Of a stretch of DNA of 25,170 nt, positions 16,711 to 25,170 are shown piece by piece. Origin of the DNA: Candidatus Pacearchaeota archaeon (GTDB lineage Archaea > Nanobdellota > Nanobdellia > Pacearchaeales > GW2011-AR1); contig JASFEO010000016.1 of the NCBI GenBank assembly GCA_050124795.1, positions 1-25,170 on the forward strand, written 5' to 3'. A model generated the notes under the pieces. That model was given only the letters and a program-made list of their open reading frames with translations. It did no database searches and had not been told where the DNA came from. How positions within the stretch are numbered: the first letter of the stretch is position 1; every line of letters starts with the position of its first letter. A program made the translations under genes and the position numbers.

Positions 16711-17915
16711 CGCAACGCCTCCACTGGATTTTTTCCTGATGCATGCATTGCCGGAACAATTCCTGCTGTTGCTCCGATTAAAAAACTCCCTGTTAATGAA
16801 AAAATAATTAACAGAATATTTATAGAAGGTTGTGATGAAGAGCCTAAAAAATAATTTATTCCAAAATTTCCAAGATACCCTAAGATAAGACCAAAGACAA
16901 TTCCTAAAAATCCTCCAACTGCTCCAAGCAACCCTGACTCAACTAAGAACTGAAAAAAGATATGTTCATTTTTTGCTCCAATTGCTTTCATAATCCCAAT
17001 TTCTTTTTCCCGCTCAATCACACTTGTTGCCATTGTGTTCACAATTCCTATTGCACCGACAACTATTGAAATTGAAGCAATTAAAATAATAAAAATTTGT
17101 ATTCCATTTAAAATTGAATTCACGTCTTCCAAAATTGCATCAGGAGTTGAAACTTCAAAATCCTCTTCTCCCTTTTTTACATCCCTCCTATTCCTCATTA
17201 ATTTTTCAATTTCTTCCTTTGCCTTGTCCATTAAATCAAGACTTTTAACTTTTACTCCGATTATATCCACATCATCTCCATAATTAACCAACTCGTTTAA
17301 ATCCTGATCATACATTAAAATAATATTATCAATTGTAAAACTTCCCTGCCGATCTAAAATTCCTATAACTGTAAATTTTTTTCCTTCAATTAAAATCTTT
17401 TTCCCGACTTCGATGTCTTTGCCAAAACCATTCTTATCCTCGTATTGAACATTATTTCCTAAAATTACTTTTCCAAGATCCCCTTTTTCTAAGAGTCTTC
17501 CCTTTTCAACTTCAAGCCCCATAACCTCGTACATCTCAGACTCAGAGCCTTCATCCATGCTTAAGGCATATCCAAACTCTATATTGTCATTGTACTCCCT
17601 TTCTAAAAACTCGATATTTCTTGGACTTGTAAATTCTACGGTAGATAATTTTTCAATTGCTTCTGCATCATCCCTTGTTAGAGGATTCACAACAGTTGAA
17701 CCCGGAGGACCATAAGAAAGACCTCCAGCTTGAACAGTTATTGCCTGTGTTGAACTCACACCAAACTGGGAATTAACTGCTGCTTTTAAACCGCTTCCAA
17801 GAGTAATCAAGGCAATTACTGAAGCAACACCAATAAAAATTCCTAAAAGAGTAAGCCAGCTTCGAATTCCTCTTCTCTTTAAATTTTTTCCTGCAAATGA
17901 AAAATAGTTCACCAT
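16707..17915 (-). CDS. ABC transporter permease, MacB/FtsX/LolC-E family
   Basis: RSWLTLLGIFIGVA, GIVNTMATSVIEREKEIGIMKAIGA and PAMHASGKNPVEALR. ATG 17915 preferred over 17966. Confidence 0.95.
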   Translation of the reverse strand: MVNYFSFAGKNLKRRGIRSWLTLLGIFIGVASVIALITLGSGLKAAVNSQFGVSSTQAITVQAGGLSYGPPGSTVVNPLTRDDAEAIEKLSTVEFTSPRNIEFLEREYNDNIEFGYALSMDEGSESEMYEVMGLEVEKGRLLEKGDLGKVILGNNVQYEDKNGFGKDIEVGKKILIEGKKFTVIGILDRQGSFTIDNIILMYDQDLNELVNYGDDVDIIGVKVKSLDLMDKAKEEIEKLMRNRRDVKKGEEDFEVSTPDAILEDVNSILNGIQIFIILIASISIVVGAIGIVNTMATSVIEREKEIGIMKAIGAKNEHIFFQFLVESGLLGAVGGFLGIVFGLILGYLGNFGINYFLGSSSQPSINILLIIFSLTGSFLIGATAGIVPAMHASGKNPVEALR

Positions 17916-18000
17916 CTTTATAATAAAGAGATAAAATATTATATAAAAGTATTTATTGAAATGCAATAATGTTTAAATAGGAATTTATCAATTATTAATC

Positions 18001-18462
18001 ATGGCGCAAAAACCGGGTGACAAACTATTAGTTGAATATACAGCAGAATATTTTTCTGTTTTGGGGGGACATGTTGAAGTTGGAGTAAAATTATTTGGGG
18101 ATAATTATGTCAGTATCCAAAAAAGAAAGAATAATAAAAAAACATGGATTGCGAAAAAAAAGGTTTTAGAAAATTTCTTTGATGAAAAAAATCTCACCCT
18201 AACGAGTTTTCCTAATGGAGGATATAAAATCATAACCGAAGATCTCCCGATAATATTAGGAAAATCATCTTTTCTCAATATTCCTGATTTTGACGAAACT
18301 AAAAGTGTTCGGGAATGGGAAAGAATAAAATATCGCTCTGGAAACAATTATATTGAGAAAAAATGGGCGCACCCTCTTAAGTTAGCATGGAAGTGTCCGG
18401 AAATAACCCTTATAACAGAAATCTCAAATTATCTAAATGACCATTGGCATAATATTCTATGA
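18001..18462 (+). CDS. Hypothetical protein on the opposite strand between ABC ATPase and permease
   Basis: 153-aa ORF. TTTAAATA at 17972 is 29 nt before the ATG. Confidence 0.7.
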   Translation: MAQKPGDKLLVEYTAEYFSVLGGHVEVGVKLFGDNYVSIQKRKNNKKTWIAKKKVLENFFDEKNLTLTSFPNGGYKIITEDLPIILGKSSFLNIPDFDETKSVREWERIKYRSGNNYIEKKWAHPLKLAWKCPEITLITEISNYLNDHWHNIL

Positions 18463-19170
18463 TTAATTTCTCCGACCAGTAACTTTCTCAACCTTCCCAT
18501 CCCTTAACCAATAAACAATATTTGCATGTTCTTTTGCTAAGTCAGGGTCGTGAGTTACCATGATAACTGTCTTTCCTTCTTTATTTAATGATTTTAAAAA
18601 ATCCATAACTTTCTCGCCTGTTTTTGAATCAAGGTTTCCTGTGGGTTCATCAGCTAAAATAACTTCAGGGTCATTTGCCAAACTTCGCGCGATTGCAACT
18701 CTTTGCTGCTGGCCTCCTGAAAGTTGGTTTGGATAAAAATTAGTTCTCTCTGTTAGATTTACTTTTTCTAAAAGTTCTTCTGCAATTTCTTCTCTTTCCC
18801 ATTCTTCGATTCCCTGAAAATCCATTGGCAGCATTACATTCTCCTTAACAGTTAAATTCGGAATCAAATTAAATTGCTGAAAAATAAAACCAATTTTTTT
18901 TCCGCGAAGTTCTGCCAAATCTGATTCAGATAAATAAGAAACATTTTCATTGTCAAGATAAATCGCACCCTTTGTCGGAACATCCAAACTTCCAACAAGA
19001 TTCATCATTGTTGATTTTCCTGAACCACTTGGCCCCATCACTGCAACAAAGTCCCCCTTGTGAATTGAAAGACTCACACCATCAACAGCCTTGACAATAT
19101 TCTCACCCATATGATAATGCTTTGAAACATTTTTCAGATTAATTATTTTTTTACCTGCGCTCTTTTTCAT
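18463..19170 (-). CDS. ABC transporter ATP-binding protein, LolD/MacB family
   Basis: [43 protein letters not shown] and VTHD. Confidence 0.96.
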   Translation of the reverse strand: MKKSAGKKIINLKNVSKHYHMGENIVKAVDGVSLSIHKGDFVAVMGPSGSGKSTMMNLVGSLDVPTKGAIYLDNENVSYLSESDLAELRGKKIGFIFQQFNLIPNLTVKENVMLPMDFQGIEEWEREEIAEELLEKVNLTERTNFYPNQLSGGQQQRVAIARSLANDPEVILADEPTGNLDSKTGEKVMDFLKSLNKEGKTVIMVTHDPDLAKEHANIVYWLRDGKVEKVTGRRN

Positions 19171-19263
19171 AAAAGTAAAAAGAAATTAAGTTATATAAAT
19201 CTTATTAAGAAAACTATTTTAAACAATAAGAAATTTTAAAAACATCTTTCTCTTTATTTTTCT

Positions 19264-19947
19264 ATGGGAATGTTCAATAAATTAGGTGATATGCTTGTTG
19301 GCTTATATATTAGTTTCATAGATTTTCTCCCGCCGTTTTTTGCAAAATTTTTCAACTTCCTTTTTCTTGTGCTGCTCGTTGTTGCATATTGTATAATCAT
19401 CTGGAAACTCTACAGATTTATTTCCAAGAAAAATATTATTGAACTAAACTTAAACAAATATAATACAGTTGAACACCCCGCCATCACAAAAATTTTGGCA
19501 GCTGTATTTTACTTTATCGAATACATGATACTAATGCCCTTCTGGGTTTTTGTTTGGTTTTCAATATTTACAATCTTCCTTGTTTTCCTAACTGAGAATC
19601 TCGCAATAAACACATTATTACTTATTTCTGCAACAATTGTCGCTGCAATCAGAATGACTGCTTATTACAGAGAAGGCTTATCAAAAGATATTTCAAAACT
19701 CCTGCCATTCACACTTCTTTCAATTTCAATTTTAAACCCAAACTTTTTCAACGTCGAAAGAATCATCAGCCACCTCTCATCAATTCCCGGACTATTCAGC
19801 AACATATCTTTATATCTTGTCTTTATAATAATTCTTGAAATAATCTTAAGAACATTTGAATTTACTTTCTCTTTATTTAATATTGATGGAGAGCAGGAAA
19901 AACAAGAAGAGGAAAACAAAAAAGAAAATGAAACTTCTGAAGAATAA
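19264..19947 (+). CDS. Hypothetical multi-pass membrane protein
   Basis: About five to six hydrophobic segments and an acidic tail. Confidence 0.8.
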   Translation: MGMFNKLGDMLVGLYISFIDFLPPFFAKFFNFLFLVLLVVAYCIIIWKLYRFISKKNIIELNLNKYNTVEHPAITKILAAVFYFIEYMILMPFWVFVWFSIFTIFLVFLTENLAINTLLLISATIVAAIRMTAYYREGLSKDISKLLPFTLLSISILNPNFFNVERIISHLSSIPGLFSNISLYLVFIIILEIILRTFEFTFSLFNIDGEQEKQEEENKKENETSEE

Positions 19948-19953
19948 AAATAA

Positions 19954-20268
19954 TTAATTTTTTGATTCTGAATATATCTTGAAAGTATAATCATCCTTAT
20001 CAACAACAACCCCAACTTTTATAAAAAATCTTGAATCATTTTTATCTCTTGGTCCTAAAGTAACTCTAAAAAATGAAGGATTAAAATCCGCATCAGGAGA
20101 ATATTTAACTTTTGCCCATCCAACTGGCTGCATAACATAATTATTTTCAGAATTATCCCTCCTAAATAATTCCACATAAACAAGATTCTCAGAAGATGCA
20201 GGAAGACCGTCTCTGGAAAATCCCTTAGTTACCAAAGGGATTTCTTCTAAAACTCCATCTCCTGCCAT
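19954..20268 (-). CDS. Hypothetical protein (possibly frameshifted; true start may be 20312)
   Basis: 104-aa ORF. The promoter-spaced ATG at 20312 is out of frame. Confidence 0.6.
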   Translation of the reverse strand: MAGDGVLEEIPLVTKGFSRDGLPASSENLVYVELFRRDNSENNYVMQPVGWAKVKYSPDADFNPSFFRVTLGPRDKNDSRFFIKVGVVVDKDDYTFKIYSESKN

Positions 20269-20392
20269 AATGAAAAATCAGTTCTCAAAATTACTCCATC
20301 CAAAAATTCCATAATTAAAAAATAAATTTTAGGTTTATAAAAATTATTGTCTTCCAAAATTAGAATTAAAATTAAAGTTCCGAAGAAATTTT

Positions 20393-22126
20393 CTAATTCC
20401 TCTCAACCTCAGGATGTTCATGTCCTTTTTGAATCATTTTCTTTAGCATTTTTATGTGCTTGTCTTTTTCTTCTCTGTAACCCTGCTGTTTTGTTTTTTT
20501 GTCACGAATCATGTTTGCGACATATTCTCCTCCTAAAAAATGCGGAGTCAAAACATAATCAGCTCCTTTTCTGTAAAGTTCCATTGCTTCATTTAACTGA
20601 TGACTTCTTACAATTATAATTGCGTCTTTGTTTAGTCTTCTTATTTCTTCAATTAAAAGAATATTTATTTCATAGTCAGGAATTGTTGAAATTGCAAGCT
20701 GCATTTTTTCAAGAGGCAAATCATCGAGGAGTTCCACGTCGTCAATGTCGCCGTACAAACATGGGATTCTCAATTTTGTGAGGTCTGCGATTGTGTCCGG
20801 ATTAAAATCAACAACTAAATAATCTTTTTTTATTTTTTTTAATGACCTTAAAATACTAAAGCCGATTCTGTTATACCCAAAAAGTATGGCGTCATATTTA
20901 TTCTTGACTTTTCTTTCTTTTTTAATTTTCTTTCTTTCAAAAAATGAAATGAATCTGAAAATCTTTTTGTAAAATCCATTTGAATAAATTACCATGTAAG
21001 TTGAGAAGAAAATTGTGAGGACAAGTGTCAGTGCTATTGTGTCTACAACTTCATTTGAAATTGCCTGCGTGAAAAAAGATGTTGATGAAACAAGGAGAAG
21101 GACGATTATTGAAAATTCAGAAATCTGCGACAAAGTTGTTCCGACGAAAAAGTTTGTTCTTTTTGTGTAACCCATGATTGCCATAAGAGCCATTATTATT
21201 CCCGGCTTGAAAATCAAAGCAACAACTGAAAGAATGAGGGCATTAAAAATAACTATTGGAATACTCGCAACATTTATATTGAGTCCAAGAATTATAAAAA
21301 ATATAATCAGGAAAAAATCCCTAAGGGGGCGGATCTTTGAACTTATTTCTGTGCTGTATGGAGAGATGGAAAGAACTACTCCTGCGATTAATGAGCCAAT
21401 TTCAATTGAAAAGCCAAGTGAAGAAAAAAGCGCAGCGATGATAAAACAAAAAGTTATTGAGAACAAAAACAAAAGTTCCTGAGACTTTGCAATATTTCTT
21501 GTAAGACGCGGCAGAATTAAATAGCCTGCAAGAAATAATAAAATAATCAGAGCGCTTCCTCCGATAAGTCCTTTTAGCGCAAATGAAATCAGGCTTGCTC
21601 TTTCTGACAAAGATGAGATAAACATTAAGACTCCGATTGCGACAAGGTCCTGGATTATCAGGATTCCGACGGAAATTTTTCCATAAAGTGAATCAAGCTG
21701 TCTTTTATCTGACAAAAGTTTCATTACAATAATTGTACTGCTAAATGAAAGCGCAATTCCAATAAAGAGTGATGAGATTAAATTAAATTTTAAAATTGAA
21801 AAGGAAACTAAAAATCCAAGAGCAATTGTCAGTATAATTTGCGCAAGGCCGATTAAAAGCGAGGAGGTTCCAACTTCGCGGATAACTTTTGGATTCATGT
21901 GGAGCCCGACGATAAAAAGCAAAAATGCAATTCCGAATTTTGAGAAAATGTTAATTACATCCTGAGAATTTCCGATGTCGATTATATTAAATTTAATTAA
22001 AAAAACAATTACGACTCCTGACAAAATGTAGCCGATTATAACAGGCTGCCTAAAAGCCCTTGCAATATATGAAATTACAAATGCAATAAAAAGAATTCCT
22101 GCGAGCTGAATAAAAATTTGTTCCAT
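20393..22126 (-). CDS. CPA2/Kef-type cation:proton antiporter with C-terminal TrkA-N (RCK) domain
   Basis: QPVIIGYILSG, FGIAFLLFIVGL, SFSSTIIVMKLL, GILIIQDL, SQISEFS and RCK motif ILFGYNRIG...VVDFNPD...YGD. GGAGGT SD upstream. Confidence 0.93.
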   Translation of the reverse strand: MEQIFIQLAGILFIAFVISYIARAFRQPVIIGYILSGVVIVFLIKFNIIDIGNSQDVINIFSKFGIAFLLFIVGLHMNPKVIREVGTSSLLIGLAQIILTIALGFLVSFSILKFNLISSLFIGIALSFSSTIIVMKLLSDKRQLDSLYGKISVGILIIQDLVAIGVLMFISSLSERASLISFALKGLIGGSALIILLFLAGYLILPRLTRNIAKSQELLFLFSITFCFIIAALFSSLGFSIEIGSLIAGVVLSISPYSTEISSKIRPLRDFFLIIFFIILGLNINVASIPIVIFNALILSVVALIFKPGIIMALMAIMGYTKRTNFFVGTTLSQISEFSIIVLLLVSSTSFFTQAISNEVVDTIALTLVLTIFFSTYMVIYSNGFYKKIFRFISFFERKKIKKERKVKNKYDAILFGYNRIGFSILRSLKKIKKDYLVVDFNPDTIADLTKLRIPCLYGDIDDVELLDDLPLEKMQLAISTIPDYEINILLIEEIRRLNKDAIIIVRSHQLNEAMELYRKGADYVLTPHFLGGEYVANMIRDKKTKQQGYREEKDKHIKMLKKMIQKGHEHPEVERN

Positions 22127-22266
22127 TATAACCTCCTTATGATAATAAAAAAATAAAGTATAAAAAGATTTGCCCAGCGTTGGGGAAAATTGAAATTAGT
22201 GAAATCTCCCGACGGGAGTTAGAAAGATTTAAATAGTAAATAATTGTTAATAAGATAATCAATAAA

Positions 22267-22274
22267 AGGAGGTG
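22267..22274 (+). promoter_or_regulatory. Strong archaeal Shine-Dalgarno sequence AGGAGGTG
   Basis: 5 nt before ATG 22280. TATA TTTAAATA at 22228. Confidence 0.75.
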
Positions 22275-22279
22275 CAAAA

Positions 22280-22489
22280 ATGGGAAGGATTGTTGTTAAA
22301 AAAGTCATAACTCGTAAGCCAGGACACCTTTACTATGTCGATGGACAGGGAAATGTCTGTGAAGCGATTATGGCTCGTGGTGGAAGAAGAAAAAAGAGAA
22401 AAAAAGCTGCTAAAAAACCGGTTAAGAAAAAGGCGGTTAAGAAAAAAGCCGCTAAGAAAAAAGTTGCTAAGAAAAAAAAGAGAAGGTAA
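22280..22489 (+). CDS. Small basic protein with Lys/Ala-rich (histone H1-like) tail; putative nucleic-acid-binding protein
   Basis: Core RKPGHLYYVDGQGNVCEAIMARGG followed by AAKKPVKKKAVKKKAAKKKVAKKKKRR. Confidence 0.8.
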   Translation: MGRIVVKKVITRKPGHLYYVDGQGNVCEAIMARGGRRKKRKKAAKKPVKKKAVKKKAAKKKVAKKKKRR

Positions 22490-22607
22490 TTCTCAAGTTT
22501 AATTATTTTTTATTTTGTTTTATGTTTTTTATTTAATATTTTATTCTATTATTTTTGTTAAAAGTTTCAATAACAAACTTTTTAAATCAATTAAAATTCA
22601 ATTCAGC

Positions 22608-22916
22608 ATGTCAAAAGTAAGAATAAAATTGAATTCAACAGACATTGAAATGCTTAATAGTATTTGTGATTCTATTCGGGATATTGCAAAAAAATCAGGT
22701 ATTGTAATTAGCGGGCCGATTCCCTTGCCGACGAAAAAATTAAAAATCACAACAAGAAAATCTCCATGCGGCGACGGAACTGCAACTTTTGACAGGTTTG
22801 AAATGCGAATTCATAAAAGATTAATTGATTTGCCAAGCAATGAAAAAGTTCTTCACCATATTATGAGACTTCAGGTTCCAAAAAACGTAAACATCAAAAT
22901 TGAGATGAAGGAATAA
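22608..22916 (+). CDS. rps10: 30S ribosomal protein S10 (uS10), archaeal type
   Basis: SGPIPLPTKKLKITTRKSPCGDGTATFDRFEMRIHKRLID. TTTTTAAA at 22579 is 29 nt before ATG 22608. Confidence 0.97.
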   Translation: MSKVRIKLNSTDIEMLNSICDSIRDIAKKSGIVISGPIPLPTKKLKITTRKSPCGDGTATFDRFEMRIHKRLIDLPSNEKVLHHIMRLQVPKNVNIKIEMKE

Positions 22917-22996
22917 TATATTTTCGATAATATAAATTTTCGATTATTGCAAAAAATCCCCGCAAAACTTATAAACTATTTATTTTTAAAACTCCC

Positions 22997-23293
22997 ATGG
23001 AAAAAGATATTGGAAAAATAAGAAAAAATGATACTTCAGATATTGTCATAAGAGTTGATGATTTTGGAGGACGAAAGGGTTTGACAATTCGCGAATTTGT
23101 GACAAGCGAGAGATATACTGGCTTTACAAAAGCAGGTGTTAGAATTTTAGCTTCTGATTTTCCAAAGTTTAAGGAAATGATTAATTCTGTAACTAATGAG
23201 GACATGAAAGAAATTGAACAACCAGCAGAAGAAAATAAAAATCCAGAACAAAAAACCTTGGATAATTCTAAAGAAGGTTTGCCTGATTATTAG
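22997..23293 (+). CDS. PC4/p15-like single-stranded DNA-binding domain protein
   Basis: IVIRVDDFGGRKGLTIREFV...FTKAGVRI matches the PC4 pattern (F-x-G...IRE...TKKG-I). CTTATAAA at 22968 is 29 nt before the ATG. Confidence 0.7.
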   Translation: MEKDIGKIRKNDTSDIVIRVDDFGGRKGLTIREFVTSERYTGFTKAGVRILASDFPKFKEMINSVTNEDMKEIEQPAEENKNPEQKTLDNSKEGLPDY

Positions 23294-23419
23294 TTTTAAA
23301 AAATAAAAAATAATTTTTTTATAAATCTTAAAAAACATTTTGAATAAATATCCAAAACCAAAACATTTAAATAGTGTAATGAATACATATTCATAATTAA
23401 ATTATGGGGGAAAAACAAA

Positions 23420-23668
23420 ATGCCAGGACAAGACAGAACAGGACCCTTAGGAGAAGGAGCTATGACTGGGAGAGAAATGGGTCTTTGTAAAGGCAAGTCT
23501 CAAGGATTTAGAAGAAACTTTGGAAGAGGATTTGGCAAAAGGTGCCGGAGAAACTTCGGGAACATAATTCTTACAAAGAGCGATGAGAAAAAAATCCTTG
23601 AAGCTGAGCTTACAGAACTAGAAGCAGAAAAATCTGACGTTGAGAAAAGATTAAAAGGTCTTGATTAA
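23420..23668 (+). CDS. DUF5320-family protein
   Basis: MPGQDRTGPLGEGAMTGREMGLC, Gly/Arg-rich middle and C-terminal coiled coil. Confidence 0.85.
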   Translation: MPGQDRTGPLGEGAMTGREMGLCKGKSQGFRRNFGRGFGKRCRRNFGNIILTKSDEKKILEAELTELEAEKSDVEKRLKGLD

Positions 23669-23679
23669 TTTTAATTAAA

Positions 23680-23961
23680 ATGCCTAGACCATGCAAACAT
23701 AGAAGAGTAATGGGCCGGCCGCACTCTTCTTATTTTAAGCCAGTTGGAAAAAGAATGACTGAGTTAGATGAAACAATACTTTCTTTGCCAGAGTTTGAAG
23801 CAATACGTCTTGTAGATTTAGAAGAAATTCCTCAGGAAGAAGCTTCCAAAAAAATGCAAATTTCACAACCCACACTCTCAAGAATTTTAAAATCTGCAAG
23901 AAAAAAAATTTCTGAAGCTATAATCAGAGGAAAAGCAATTAAGATTATAGATAAAACTTAA
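23680..23961 (+). CDS. DUF134 (UPF0251) HTH protein
   Basis: MPRPCKHRRV...YFKP...EFEAIRLVD...QEEASKKMQISQPTLSRILKSARKKI...GKAIKI. Confidence 0.92.
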   Translation: MPRPCKHRRVMGRPHSSYFKPVGKRMTELDETILSLPEFEAIRLVDLEEIPQEEASKKMQISQPTLSRILKSARKKISEAIIRGKAIKIIDKT

Positions 23962-23985
23962 AAACTATTTTTGATTTTATTAAGA

Positions 23986-24327
23986 ATGAAAAAGAACAGT
24001 CTTGTTACAATTGGAATTATTTTGGTGGTAATTTTTTTAGCGATTTTTATTCTTATCAAACCTGCGCCTGAGACAAATGAAGAAGTTATAAAATGTATTG
24101 GAGAAAATTCTGTTCTTTACACGCAATTAGGATGTTCGCATTGTGAAGAGCAGGAAGAAATGTTTGGGGATAATTTAAAATATCTTGACATCATTGACTG
24201 TTTTTATGAACATGAAAAATGCTCAGTTGAAGATATAACTGCAACACCGACGTGGATAATAAAAGGAGAAAAACATAAAGGAGCCAAATCAATTAAAAAA
24301 TTGCAGGAACTCACTGGTTGTGAATAA
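23986..24327 (+). CDS. Membrane-anchored thioredoxin-fold protein
   Basis: N-terminal TM, CSHC active-site motif, cis-Pro motif TPTWII and C-terminal LTGC. Confidence 0.85.
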   Translation: MKKNSLVTIGIILVVIFLAIFILIKPAPETNEEVIKCIGENSVLYTQLGCSHCEEQEEMFGDNLKYLDIIDCFYEHEKCSVEDITATPTWIIKGEKHKGAKSIKKLQELTGCE

Positions 24328-25031
24328 TGGAAAATATAATAAATCTAACAAAAATAACAACTCTTGCTCTGGCCGATTCAGTTAATCCTTGCGCGATTGC
24401 AGTTTTGACAATGATCCTCGTCGCCATAATGATTCAAAATCCTGATAAAAAAAGAAAAGTCCTTTTTGCAGGAATTGCATTTGCTGCATCTGTTTTTGTC
24501 GGATACTTGTTTTACGGAATTATAATTGTTGAATTTTTTAATAAGTTTGCAGAATTCTTGCGACAAAACTCGAAATTTATTTATGACGGACTTGCAATTT
24601 TCGCAATGATTATCGGAGCATTAAATGTAAAAGATTATTTTTATTATAAAAAAGGCGGCCTTGCAACAGAGATGCCGATTTTCCTTCGACCAAAAGTAAA
24701 AAAAATAATTCAAAAAGTTACTTCACCAAAAGGCGCATTTATAATTGGATTTGCAATAACTTTATTTTTACTTCCATGCACAATTGGTCCTTACATAATT
24801 GCATCGGGGATTTTGGCAGAACTCGGAATTTTAGGAGCAATTCCCTGGCTGTTATATTACAATTTAATTTTTATCCTGCCGATGCTGATAATTGTTTTTA
24901 TTGTTTATTTTGGTTTTGCAAAAGTTGATGAAGTTTCAGGATGGAAAGAAAGAAACATAAGACGTCTTCATTTAATCGCAGGAATCTTATTATTCGCAGT
25001 TGGAGTTGCGCTTCTTGCAGGATGGTTGTAA
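24327..25031 (+). CDS. CcdA/DsbD-like (cytochrome c biogenesis-type) membrane thiol-disulfide transporter
   Basis: DSVNPCA and LPCTIGPY Pro-Cys motifs, about six TMs. TAATG coupling to the thioredoxin-like gene. Confidence 0.85.
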   Translation: MENIINLTKITTLALADSVNPCAIAVLTMILVAIMIQNPDKKRKVLFAGIAFAASVFVGYLFYGIIIVEFFNKFAEFLRQNSKFIYDGLAIFAMIIGALNVKDYFYYKKGGLATEMPIFLRPKVKKIIQKVTSPKGAFIIGFAITLFLLPCTIGPYIIASGILAELGILGAIPWLLYYNLIFILPMLIIVFIVYFGFAKVDEVSGWKERNIRRLHLIAGILLFAVGVALLAGWL

Positions 25032-25108
25032 AATTTTAAAACCAGTTCTGTCCCAAGTTCTAAATACAAAACCGAAAATTAGTTGAACATAAAAGTACTG
25101 ATATCAAC

Positions 25109-25170
25109 ATGTTACAAAAAGAGTTGATTAATCAGTACAATAATAAGTTAGAAAAAGAATTAATTAAACT
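25109..25170 (+). CDS. Possible 5' fragment of a CDS running off the window
   Basis: ATG 25109 opens MLQKELINQYNNKLEKELIK with no stop before the edge. Confidence 0.3.
   Translation, partial: MLQKELINQYNNKLEKELIK

Noticed and set aside
22170-22220. Two small GC hairpins upstream of the K+/H+ antiporter as a c-di-AMP riboswitch
   Set aside because: Too short, no ydaO consensus, and located upstream of the antiporter's apparent TATA box.
1-25170. Genome-wide UGA reassignment
   Set aside because: TGA ends several genes, including ATGA overlaps at 10690, 16216 and 16707, and the long conserved genes have no internal TGA.
1-25170. CRISPR array, integrase or transposase
   Set aside because: No regularly spaced repeats, no duplicated tRNA 3' end noticed and no ORF with recombinase or transposase motifs.

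Overview
AT-rich archaeal chromosomal segment. The gene content, archaeal rps10, TATA/BRE promoters with mostly leaderless starts and an intron-containing tRNA fit a DPANN lineage, most likely Pacearchaeota (inference). Housekeeping genes: ppsA with a long acidic tail, bacterial-type serS, rps10, tRNA-Thr(GGT) with a 20-nt intron, tRNA-Asp(GTC), a CPA2/Kef-type antiporter, a MacB/LolCDE-type ABC system (ATPase plus two permeases) near a COG1361-like surface protein, a PC4-like protein, a DUF5320/DUF134 pair and a thioredoxin-like/CcdA-like pair. Many orphans are interspersed. Most notable: (1) a DUF3800-like (RNase H-fold) gene inside the ABC cluster faces a roughly 108-nt GC-rich structured RNA on the opposite strand, which has its own correctly spaced TATA box and T-run terminator; (2) an 88-codon TSCPD-like gene missed by the ORF track carries one in-frame TGA; (3) a 29-nt TATA-to-start spacing reveals missed small genes and a probable frameshift. 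All family calls are from motif recognition by eye, not database searches.
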